A stretch of DNA of 61,676 nt, filler included, from Hausera hauseri (GCA_046269625.1; 11 parts of 11 records of this genome joined end to end with filler, not necessarily neighbours in it); one strand, 5' to 3'; counted from the whole stretch's first letter, positions 32,954-44,155 are shown. Made by a program: numbers and translations. The notes: a model not told the origin generated them from the letters alone.

Positions 32954-33477
32954 NNNNNNNNNNNNNNNNNNNNNNNNNNNNNNNNNNNNNNNNNNNNTTA
33001 ATTAATTAANNNNNNNNNNNNNNNNNNNNNNNNNNNNNNNNNNNNNNNNNNNNACTAACATGGAGGGCGAAGCAGAATAGGTACAACTCTTAATCGTCTA
33101 TAAGATTACATATTCAATAGAACTCTATAATATGCATCCAATCAATTGGAATAAAAATTACAAAATGGGAAATATTTTATATTTCATTATCATCATCAAA
33201 TTTTCGTTTTCTCTTGTTAATCAAATGTACTACAATTTCCGAATAGACTGAAACCCAAGCGAATCGAGTGATTAAAGAGTGACGTCAAACAACAAAACGG
33301 CGAGATATGGAAGTTAGAAAATGTAATAATTTGTTTGAATAATGTCAATTATATATTAGAAATATAAATTGATATGGAATCTTCTAGTTCTCTTACTATT
33401 AAATACGATTTCAGATCTTCAAATTTTATCGTTGTTTCAAAATCATGAATTTGAATTTATCAACTCATGAAGGAGCT

Positions 33478-33712
33478 AATACAATGGCAAATAATCATAT
33501 ATCGTGTAAAGGAAAACAAATGCCTACCATTTCATAAATTCACATACTACATACAGTAAATCCAAAATGGCAAATAATTATTAATAAACATAAACAAATC
33601 ACTTCCATTTCACAAATTCACATACAGTAAAGTATGAAGTCCCATACAATGGAAAATAATCGAATATCGAGTAAAGCAAAACAAATGCTTTTCATTTCAT
33701 AAATTCATATAC
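33478..33712. repeat. Three imperfect ~80-nt tandem repeats
   Basis: The unit aatgg(c/a)aaataat...aaacaaat...catttca(t/c)aaattca(c/t)atac is repeated three times. Confidence 0.75.
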
Positions 33713-34488
33713 CCGCATAATCAAAATCGGAAAAAGAACCATGCGAAAAATAAACATTTCATCATGATCATTTTTAATTATAAAAAAACTGTAAAAAAGA
33801 AACACACACATATACACTAATACAACATACAAAAGTATTTTAAAGCTCAGTATACGTTTATAGTGAATAATCGTCATTGAGTTCATCTGACAATTTCATA
33901 ATAAACAATTGACGAAATCGATGGCAGAAAAGTCGACGGATCAAACGCCATACTATCAAAAACTTGAGGAGTCCGAAATTCAAAATGAACACCATCCGTA
34001 TTTTCCTGATCGAATGAATTAATTCCTATAACCTCTGTTTTGTTTCGACACTTCACCAGAACTTTAATTTAAAAATAGAATGTGACTACTTAATAATTAA
34101 ATATATACTACTTAAATTAATAAGTAGTTTAAATTCTACAAATAAATAAAATTTATTTTTGAACATTAATTAATTTTCTATTTAGATTTTAAAATAAACT
34201 ACTTATAATTATAAGTAGTAATTGCTCACTAAATTTATTCTTCAATTATTATTGGCCGATTAAAATTATTTATGTTCTACCCCTTAAACATATTAGTTTT
34301 AAATTGAGTCACCAATAGGATTACAGTATTCTATCTGGTTTTCTATTGGTAACTCAATTTTCTTTTCAACAGTTTTAGGAGAAGAGAATTATTAGAGTGA
34401 TTTGTCCAATGAAAATTAATTATTAATACAGTAAAACAAACGTACTTATATATAGTAATAAAATTAAATAAATTTCATTATTTAATAT

Positions 34489-35381
34489 AATGGCTCAAAG
34501 TTATAATGTTGATATAGACTTTTAAATTATTTAATTTAATTTATTTTTCTTAGAATAATTTAATTGATGAAGTAGTATATAATTTGTCACTCAAGAGATG
34601 TGTCCTGTGCGAAATAGGAGATGATTTTAGAAAATTAGCCGAAGAAATCAGTGAGCTGCGGTAAATACCTATTAATGTTCCGGTAACATCACAGTTGTCT
34701 GTAAATGTTTCTGATAGGGATTACCGATCTGACTCTATGTTAAGTACGCCTGAAATTGATCCTATGAGTGTAAATTTAGAAAATATTATTAATTATCGTC
34801 CTACTTATCATAGAGAAATTTTATCGCCTTATCGCATGTGTGATCAGCGTTGTTATGTGCCACCTGCGGTGAATTTTTGAAATACAGGTACTTCTGCAGG
34901 ATCTGTAAACACAGCGCCTGCATATGTACGTTCTACAGACATTGACGTTGATTTTGGTATTGACAATCTTATCACACTGTGATTGGTTGCTCAATATGTG
35001 TGTATATATAACAATATAAAAATATTTTGTGTATTCGTTTTCTTCAATTCTAAATGGATTTTAAAGCTCGTTGATTTGCAGCATGTCGTGCGTTTAGCCT
35101 TATAAAATTTAACGATGATGAAGCGTTTGTTATGTCAGTACGATAAATTGTCGGCTCAATATTATAATGATCCGCTTCATTTGTGCAGCATTTTGAAATA
35201 TTTTGTGGATGATGAAGATGTTAGGGATGTGTATTCTTGTTTACCCAGTTCTGCAGAGGATATTTGCGATAATTTAGTTCCCAGAATAGTGATGCGTCGA
35301 GTTGCCTCTCTATTCCAGACAGTTAATGAGGATAAGAAGGATGATGATACTGAGCCTATGGGCAATGAAAATTTTGTGTAA
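34489..35381 (+). mobile_element. Internally deleted copy of the Rep/ORF2 element: Rep C-terminal fragment 34593-34982 and ORF2 remnant 35054-35381
   Basis: KRCVLCEIGDDFRKLAEE...VNLENIINYRPTYHREILSPY...TAPAYVRSTDIDVDFGIDNLIT matches 38993-39472. MMKRLL..YDK..DPLHLCS..SAEDICD..PRIVMR..DDTEPM..FV matches 39556-40159. Confidence 0.88.
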
Positions 35382-35459
35382 TAAATTTTAGTGTGTTTAA
35401 AAATGTAATTGTTTTAATTTTGGTTTTTTGATTTTTTATGTTATTGCGATCTCTGCTGC

Positions 35460-35585
35460 CAAAATTTCCCTAACTTCATTCCAAAGAATTTGTGGCCCGG
35501 TAACAGTCCAGACTTGAACTATGTTGAACATTTATGGGCAAAGATCAATGATAGTGTGCTGCTTGAACCCAAACCAATAAACCGG
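35460..35585 (+). mobile_element. Tc1/mariner transposase C-terminal fragment
   Basis: NFIPKNLWPGNSPDLNYVEHLWAKI, containing the WPxxSPDLN motif. Confidence 0.75.
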
Positions 35586-35968
35586 CTGAAATATCTGAGT
35601 GAGGACGAGGGAAAAATTTTGACCAATCCTGTATATACTAATCATTAATTATTACACATAGGCACGTTTTAATTTTTCGAACCTTGATCGTTGCTATTAG
35701 GACAGGTCAGATGTTGGTGACAGTATACAATACAATAATTTCGCGACTAACATGGAGGGCGAAGCAGAATAGGTACAACTCTTAATCGTCTATAAGATTA
35801 CATATTCAATAGAACTCTATANNNNNNNNNNNNNNNNNNNNNNNNNNNNNNNNNNNNNNNNNNNNNNNNNNNNNNNNNNNNNNNNNNNNNNNNNNNNNNN
35901 NNNNNNNNNNNNNNNNNNNNNACTCGCATCCAATCAATTGGAATAAGAATTACAAAATGGGAAATATT

Positions 35969-37196
35969 TTATATTTCATTATCATCATCAAATTTTCGTT
36001 TTCTCTTGTTTGTAGTTGCTGATTCCTGTTGCTCTTTCCGCTTATTCCTTTTTCGTTTATTGTCCGACATAATGTCGGCATCCTTCAAATCACGTCGGAC
36101 TTCTGTCAAAATACTGATAACATCTTCTTTAATATCGTTCAATTCGGTACGCGGAAATGCAAACTTGACCATTTTTATCCCGATATCCCGTTCAATGGCC
36201 AATAGATTGGCAGTCGTATATGGAGTAACAACGTTTATTGCCAGACCAGACCGACCGGCACGTGCAGTACGACCGACTCGGTGCTGGTAGTCTTTTGTCT
36301 TTTCGGGAACGTTATAGTTAATAACGAGTAGTACGTTGTTGAAATCGAGACCACGACTGGCGACATCGGTTGCAACAAGAATCGACGCTTTTTTACTGTT
36401 GAATTTCTCGAACGACTGCTGCCTTTCGTCCCGATTCATGTCACTTTGGAGCATCACAACGGGCAAATTGAATTTCTTTAAAACAGCATACAATTCTTTT
36501 GTTTCCTTTTTCGTTTCGGCAAAAACAATAACCCCGGTCATGTCGTCATCATCCTGAAGTTAGACTCAAATAACTGGTACATTTGTCAATTTAACCAACT
36601 TACCGATTTATTAGTTAGACTTTGCAATTTCCATACGAGATAAAGAATTCGGTCGTCATCATCGATGAAAACAAATTCTTGGCGCAGAGTTTGGACTGTT
36701 TGATGTTTCCAAAAAACTTCAACACATGATACTTTTCTGATCTTAGTAATTTTGATTGTTTCTTTACATTTTCACCACCTAGTAATGTAATAACTTTCAA
36801 GCCATCTTGACACAATTCCAGAAAAACCTTTTCAATTTGCTCGGCCAACTCGTGAGTTGGTGTTAAAATTAAAGCAAAATTTATCTGAGGTTTTTCATAT
36901 AATTTCTAAAAATACAATTAGTGTTATTTCAACCAACTGCATGGAATGAACCACCTGCAATATGGGCAAAACGAAAGCTCCCGTCTTACCGGATCCAGTT
37001 TCGGCAAGACCAATGACATCATTACCTTTTAATACTAATGGTATGACTTTTTTCTGTATCTCTGTCGGAACTTCCCATACAATTTTTTCACAATTTTTAA
37101 TTAAATTACTATCAAGTCCCTAGGAGTAATAATCTTTCATAACCAGTATTCGCAATAAATACTCACTAGAATTTCAAAATTGGTACCGCCGAACAT
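35969..37196 (-). pseudogene. DEAD-box RNA helicase, DDX47/RRP3-like, with an internal deletion of motifs Ib-III
   Basis: Spliced via mini-introns: PTEIQ (Q motif), [18 protein letters not shown] and PTHELA, then a direct jump to QTVQTLRQEF. The C-domain VATDVASRGLD and YQHRVGRTARAGRSG is intact. No TPGR, DEAD or SAT is present. Confidence 0.85.
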
Positions 37197-37517
37197 TCCG
37201 TACTTAAACAAATGTGAATATTTAAACAAATTAAAATGATATACTCATTAATTTTCTAAACTGTATTTGATTTTCGAAGAAAACAGCCTCAGTCATTCCC
37301 AGAAACTATGCACAGTTTGTGAATAAAATTATTTAAATATATCAAACTTTTAATAGATTTTAAGCTTCTAAGTAAATCCTTTTCAGTGAATTATTCAAAA
37401 CATGAAGTTTTGTTAATTTACATATTAGCCTTTCGACTAACAAATAGAAATTGTTTGATTTGTGATTCATTAGTTTCAGCAAATAAAAGCATCATTCAAA
37501 AGTAATGTTATCATAAA

Positions 37518-37774
37518 ATGGATAGTAAATCATCTTTCGACCCGGTAAGGGATGGACTATTAATGGGATTTGGAATTCTTGGTGGTCTAATTATTGTTAT
37601 GATTATTTTAATTTGTTGCTGTTGTTCTTCATCGAAAAAAATTAAAAATCCTCAGAAAAAGGACCCAATCGAAGAAATTAAAAGAAAAATGTCAAGCCAT
37701 ACGGTAGTAGTGGGTTACGCGTTGTCTAGAACAGGGTCAGCATGTAAAGGGACATGTGAGCACACATGTGCGAC
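37518..37774 (+). CDS. Putative small single-pass membrane protein, truncated by the contig end
   Basis: Short N-terminus, ~20-aa hydrophobic GLLMGFGILGGLIIVMIILI, a CCCC string and a polybasic tail, with AAAATG start context. Confidence 0.45.
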
Positions 37775-37894
37775 NNNNNNNNNNNNNNNNNNNNNNNNNN
37801 NNNNNNNNNNNNNNNNNNTTAATTAATTAANNNNNNNNNNNNNNNNNNNNNNNNNNNNNNNNNNNNNNNNNNNNAGTTCTCATATTACTACAAA

Positions 37895-39472
37895 ATGTCT
37901 GAATCGTCAAATTCCCAGTTGCTATCCCGCAGTGAACGTAATGAACAAGTATGATTTCTTTATTATTATTATTATTATTATTATTATGAAGGGATATAGA
38001 ACAAATTTTACTATCGCTAACGCAGTGAACGGCCGATATGTCCGATTGTTTTCCGATACTAATGAGAATCATGTCAGAGCATTGCAGATGAAATTCCCTG
38101 ATCCTATCGATGATTTGGTGATACCTCCTGATGGTGCAACATTCCGCCATTTCATGGCAGTTGTGAAATATGGCGATGAATTGAATATATGTGATTATGT
38201 TTCAAATTTTGTGAGGTTATCTTTGTTGTACAAATTTTACATGAAGGTGGTCGAAGACATGTCGTCAAATGGTTTCCACCACCTTTATTTTTTATTCTAT
38301 TTGCGCAACCCTATGAGGTTGCATCGTTTTCGTTCGGTCTTCGGGTTTAATTTTGTAATACCGTTTAGGGGTGATGTTTATGCTGTATATAAATATCAAA
38401 ATAAAGACATCACCCCTAATTCTTTTTTATTGCAAATAGGAAATCCCCCTATTGATATCACCCGCGATAACACATCTAGGAAAGCTTTATATCGTATGTT
38501 CGACGACGCTCCCTCGGTCAATGAGGTGATGAGTATAATAAAGGAAGGTGACCGAGCGGAGTTCGTCACAAGACATAAATTATTGCAGTCTTATGTTTCG
38601 AGTAAATTTAGACCGAAAATTGCTATTAATTCAGAATATATTTTTACTTTGCCTAAAATTGATTTTAGACTTGACCGTGGTGTCAATACTGCTCTGTTGT
38701 TCGGGAGTAGCAACATAGGAAAGACATGTTTTGCTATGTCCCATGGTAAAAATCCTTTGATCCTTCATTCGTTGCATGACACTCCTAATGAGTGGTCATC
38801 TTCTTTTGACTTAATAATATTTGACGATGTCGGGTTCAGTGAAGTGTGCCCTGACATATTTTTGGCAATTGTACAATGTAACCATGTAAACGACAATAGG
38901 TCGATACGTGGTTTGTATAAAAGTGTAGTGGTCCCTTCATCTGTCCCTGTAATCTTCACATGTAATAATTAATCCTCCTTTGTCCTCGAAGGATGGATTT
39001 AAGTCAGAAGGAGGCTTGTATGAAACGGTGTCTCCTGTACGATTTAGGGGATTTTATGCTCTATCGTACAGGAGAAAGTAGGGATAGATTTCTGCAAGAA
39101 AATAAAGTCGATTTTCGCAGGTTGGCTAATGAGTTCAGTGAGCCACCTGCTATCCCAATAGTTATTCCTCCTAATACTTCTCTTACCGTTAATGTCCATA
39201 GTGGGATGGATTATCGCAATGATTCATTGGTTTCTTCTCCTGATTTATTTGCTTCGCCTGTAAATATTGATAACATTGTAAATTATCGCCCTGCTTATCA
39301 CAGGGAAGTTTTATCGCCGTTTCACATGTGTAGTAAACGGTATTACATGTCACCTCCTGTAGATTTTTTGAATACAGGCAGTACGCCTGTCGAAACCGAT
39401 ACAGCACCAGCTTATGTACGATATCACGATATTGACGTTGATTTTGGAGTTGACAACCATATCACAATGTGA
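37895..39472 (+). CDS. rep: CRESS-type replication protein (HUH endonuclease plus SF3 helicase), spliced (intron 37949-37991), broken by a stop/frameshift at ~38970
   Basis: Motif II-like GFHHLYFLF, motif III YKYQNKD, Walker A GSSNIGKT, Walker B IIFDD, motif C IFTCNN, and an Arg-finger-like ACMKRC in the -1 frame ORF 38993. ATG 37895 joins in frame via a 43-nt GTATGA...AAG intron. Confidence 0.88.
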
Positions 39473-39555
39473 TTGGTTGCTCAATCTGTGTGTGATTGTG
39501 TGTCTTTGTAAATATGTCAATAAATACTTTCGTGTTTCTGACTTGTTATTTTCTA

Positions 39556-40159
39556 ATGTCGTCTGTTAATGCTGAATTATTATCTAATCTTTTGAAGTTA
39601 AATTACAGCGTCGATTCATTATGCGACCATGTTCGCAATGTGGAAGTGCGTTATAATTTGCCTCCAGAGGAGATTACAGATATGCAGCACATTTCCCGCT
39701 TGTGCTTATATAATTTGGGAATGATGAAGAAGATTCTCATGCAGTACGAAAAAATGCAAACGAAATATCAGATAGAAGATCCTCTGAATTTTTGTAGCAT
39801 GCTGCGTGTGTTTACGGATGAAGTAGAAGGTGTGCGTGATGTGTCGTCATGTAATACGAGATCTGCTGAAGATATATGTGACAGTTTGCACCGGCAGGAG
39901 ATATTGTGTAGCCACAATCCTTTTCCTATCTACGATTGGGGAAATGACTGTCTTATATGCTTCGCTTTGAGGGGTAAGCGTGCGCAAGGTATTTAATTTT
40001 TTGATTTCTATTTTATTATTTTTAGGTAAGTGGCTAGATCCACGCATAGTGATGCGTCCAGTCGGCTTTCCACCCCCGCCGAAAGTCCCTGACGATGATG
40101 CTAAGGATGATGATGGGAATGCTACTGACGATACTGAACCTATGTCTAGCTTTGTTTAA
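39556..40159 (+). CDS. Unknown 188-aa companion gene (ORF2) of the Rep element, spliced (intron 39989-40025)
   Basis: Removing a 37-nt GT-AG intron gives ...RAQGKWLDPRIVMRPVG...DDTEPMSSFV*, whose exon-2 motifs are conserved in the 35115-35381 paralogue. AATAAA overlaps the stop. Confidence 0.8.
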
Positions 40160-40545
40160 TAAAATCTTAGTGTGTTATAATGTCTTTGTTCATTTTTATC
40201 TTTGTTCGTAATTTGAGTTTAAATGTCTTTGTTTACGATTTTCTTTGTTTTATGTTTCCATGGTAACGTAAACCCGAGTGCGCACCAGGTGTTTCATATT
40301 TCGAGGTATTTAGCTTGGCGAAATTACTTTAATATAAGCGGAATCCACTGTAATAACTTCGCGTGTATTTTCAGATCGCATAAGTTGAAGTACTCCAGTC
40401 TATAAATTGAAAGTCACATTAATGTAAAAATTCTAAGTGTAGTTAAAGAAATCATTAATTGTTCAGGCATAAAAATATTTATCCAGACATCAAAATACTG
40501 ATCCACAGAACATTTTTAACTGTCATGCAGATTTTTATTAGAAAT

Positions 40546-41115
40546 AGTCAAATACGTGCAAAATATAATGCTGATTAATAATGTGAAAAAAATGTTGCCG
40601 AGAAAGCCAAAATAACGCATTTTACGAGCCTTTAAATGTTACATCATTTCACACTTGTTCCATTCCCCCCACCACCACCACCATGTTTAGAAATTTTGAA
40701 CTTATGCAAAATTTTCATTACTTTTTTTGTGCAATATTCTTTTAATATTCAGTATTATAACGTTTTCTTGATGTTCTGTCGAAATAAAAAAATTCCAACT
40801 AATATTCAGTCTATAGTCTGTGCCCATTCTTGTGCATAGTGAAAACTTGAAACATGAGATAATATGCCATTGATGATCTGACGAATACATTTTAGATTTA
40901 CAGAACATCAAGAAAACCCTATAAATCAAATATTAAACGAACATTAACTCGAGAAAATGAACGAAAATTTCTTTAAAATTTCACAACGTAGTGGAGGAAA
41001 CTTGAACAAGTGCGAAAAACTATCATTTAAAATTTCCAAATTCGTTATTCTGACTTCGTTGACAAAAATTATTTTCATATTATTAATTGACATTACATTT
41101 TGCACGTATTTGACT
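40546..41115. mobile_element. Foldback/MITE-like element with long imperfect terminal inverted repeats
   Basis: AGTCAAATACGTGCAAAAT at 40546 pairs with ATTTTGCACGTATTTGACT ending at 41115. Inner arms also pair: gttttcttgatgttctgt (~40762) with acagaacatcaagaaaac (~40900). Confidence 0.8.
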
Positions 41116-42339
41116 GGGAGTCTCAAATAAAGAAATTTTAGAATGAGGATATTTGTGACAACACTTTGTCGACCGATGATATGTTAAATAGTACGGTTTT
41201 GTTAAAATAGCCGACCACCTAAAGTGTGTTCAATTAAGAAAAATTTTAACCTTCGGATTATCGTGAACATAACTGAGTATTTCAATGCATGTTGTGTGGG
41301 TTTTTTAAATTCAGATGAGATGAAATGTCGTTTTTGTCAAGCGGCATTTTGAACTAAATCACTTGAAAAACATATTTCAGTTTTAATTTTAATTATGCCA
41401 TATTCAATATTGATGTTATGTTATAGTTTTGTTTTTGCACAGTAAACAATAATTTATGACATTTCAACAGCTCTGATGGTGTAATATTCACATCAAAACC
41501 CGAGTTCCGTCAGTGCTGCATTAACATATTCTAATGATTGAAAATAATCGATAGTTGGTGCGTTTATTAAACTGTAGTCACAAAGAAGTAGAGAACTTAT
41601 GCCGTTTATATGGTGGCTTGAGTTTTCCGTTATTTCTGTTCCTTTCTCGAACTACTAGAGTGGTATTCTAATTAAGCTCCAAAGGGAAATACGGTATTGG
41701 AAGTGGAAAGACATGGTAAAGATGGAAAATCACCATGAATCTGAAATTCAATTTAGTCCAATTAGATTAAAAGTTGTTATTAATCTCCATATGGGGTTAA
41801 AGACAAATTATGTCAAAATTACTTGAAAGGAAACTTCGATAAGATGACAAAGTTAGGATATCGGTGAGCGCTGTTTGGAAAGAAGTCCAACATTTCTGAA
41901 AGGACTGTTGGTTTTGGTCGAATCCTTATCCAAACCTATGTATAACATAAACTCTAAGCACAACTGCAAGCGGGTTTGAAAAGACCCTCTTGGCACTTTT
42001 AAGTATTTCAATAATTAAATAATAAATTCCGAAATATCTTTTGTTGACTACTCTTTGTTCTTACTCTTTTTTGCCCTTTCATTTAATTTTCCATTACTTT
42101 TGCCGAATTTCTGAGTTTGTAGTATCCTTTATCAGATTGTTTTATGAAAGAACCTTTTGTTATTCCGTTCACTGTAAAACTATCCTCAGAAACTAATCTT
42201 GTCATGATTCCATTAACCTGTTGTCTTTTCATAAAACTTGGAATATTTTATTTGAATGAAAACTAGAAGTGTTATCTGTCGATCTCTTTCTAGTAAATTT
42301 AAAATGATTTAACATGGATGTTTTAGTAGATTCTTTGTA

Positions 42340-43020
42340 CAAACTTAAAATCCCACCAAACGGAGAGCATAACTCTTTTCTTATGAATATCGGCTTTCGC
42401 ATGTATTTGAGCTGGCTCATCTCTTCTACTCCATGGTCTTTTTCGTTCACTATGGGTGTAAGAAATCCACTTTTCATCGCCAGTTATGATTAGCTTCATA
42501 AATGGATCATATGTCAATGCAACGAAACAAATCTCTCTAAGAATATGTAGACATTTATATGTCGAATTTTGAAACAAAACAAAGTCGTTTGACGTGATCA
42601 TAAACGGTTGAATTTGATAAATTCAATGTCTTAGCAATTTCTCGTGTTGTTATTAGAAGGTTTTCTTCAATGGGATCTTCCGGAACGTGGTACATCTTCA
42701 GTATCGAATTTGCCGGAATGGAATTTTTTCAAACTAGTTCTGTCGTCACATTTTGTTCCATTCACGTCACAATTTTTTCTTGTTTGAACGGAATTCTTAC
42801 CTTTTCAGTAATAGAAAAGTAAAGCATGTAGCAGACGTCGCTTTTCAGTTTCCATATTTGCTGAGACACCAGAGAAACACAATTGCAGAATCAAATAAAA
42901 TTTTACACAAATACGCCTTGAAATGTCTGTTAAAAATGTAGCATAAAGTTGGTTGGTAAAAAACAGCCAATCCATCTAATTTATTAAAAAATGAAATTAC
43001 TTTCCGAATAACCCAATATA
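42340..43020 (-). mobile_element. mariner (DD34D, Mos1-like) remnant with a 5' TIR, truncated at the 3' end
   Basis: IITGDEKWISY...KRPWS...HKKRVMLSVWWDFK, and TIR-like TATTGGGTTATTCGGAAAGTAATTTC at ~43018. Confidence 0.85.
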
Positions 43021-44155
43021 CAGTGTGGATAAAAGTTCTGGTCGTTGGAATTTCATAAATATAGGACACTATATTATATATTTAATGTATATAGTTATTT
43101 TCTAATTAAAAAAATTACACACAAGTTTTTCGAGTATTCAATATTTATGAAATTTTTACGACCATGACATTTTCCACACAGTAATTTATAAATATTTAAA
43201 TTTTCATTACATTAATGAATATTTTCCTTATATTCTGTATTAAAATCACGACTAATATACAGTTGAGTTTATATATAATTGGAGTTGTGAATGATTGTCG
43301 AATTTCGTAGTTAAACCCAAAACCTATACTATTGGAATACTGAACAAAAATGTTAGACTATTGTATTTGTGTGCTAAACCTTATCTGGAACACACCGTAT
43401 ATGTAATCTCTGTTGATTGTCATTCAAATGTCTGTCATTACATGCACACCATTGCAATAAAAGTGTTCTTTGTTGTTCATAAGCATCATTGAGCCTCTGT
43501 TTGTGCTTGAACAATTGTGTCATTTACAGCACCTTTTCATAATTTACTGATAAAGCATGTCTATTTTTGTTTGGTTTGATTTACGCTTTTCATTTGTTAT
43601 CACGTTGCTTCAACTCACAGATTTTAATTGGTTTCATTCTTTGCAAATGGTATGTACTTCAAATACGTGTTTCATTGTTCTAAGCATTAATTAGGATAAC
43701 TAATAAATGTAACATCCGTTGTATGGTTTTCACGTCTCGCCGATTATTTGTTATAAAGAGGTTATGTATTTTGTATAATTCATTTGGCACTTCTACGATA
43801 TCCTTCCGTAAAGTATGCACTCGTACAAATTTACCACCGGATAAGTTTGAAACAAACATTAGCAATAATTAAAAGCCTTGACATACTATTTATAATTGCA
43901 TTAAGTCAAAACACGGTGGGTATGAGTGTAATATAGGGTTTTATTCTAATGGGGAATATTGGAAGAATGTCATTTATGCCTGCAAGCATACGAAAATGGA
44001 TGTGGAACAATTGTTGACCAAGAACGGATAGGAACAAAGAATCACCAACTGATGANNNNNNNNNNNNNNNNNNNNNNNNNNNNNNNNNNNNNNNNNNNNT
44101 TAATTAATTAANNNNNNNNNNNNNNNNNNNNNNNNNNNNNNNNNNNNNNNNNNNN

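Noticed and set aside
37880-37888. TCATATTAC as a CRESS nonanucleotide origin
   Set aside because: One mismatch to NANTATTAC, no flanking stem visible because the contig starts 5 nt earlier, and it lies 6 nt before the ATG, where an initiator-like TCA motif is equally plausible.
37932-37991. Poly-Ile hydrophobic N-terminus (FFIIIIIIIIM) of the ORF-track Rep as a signal or TM segment
   Set aside because: It is the (ATT)n interior of the predicted 43-nt intron, not protein.
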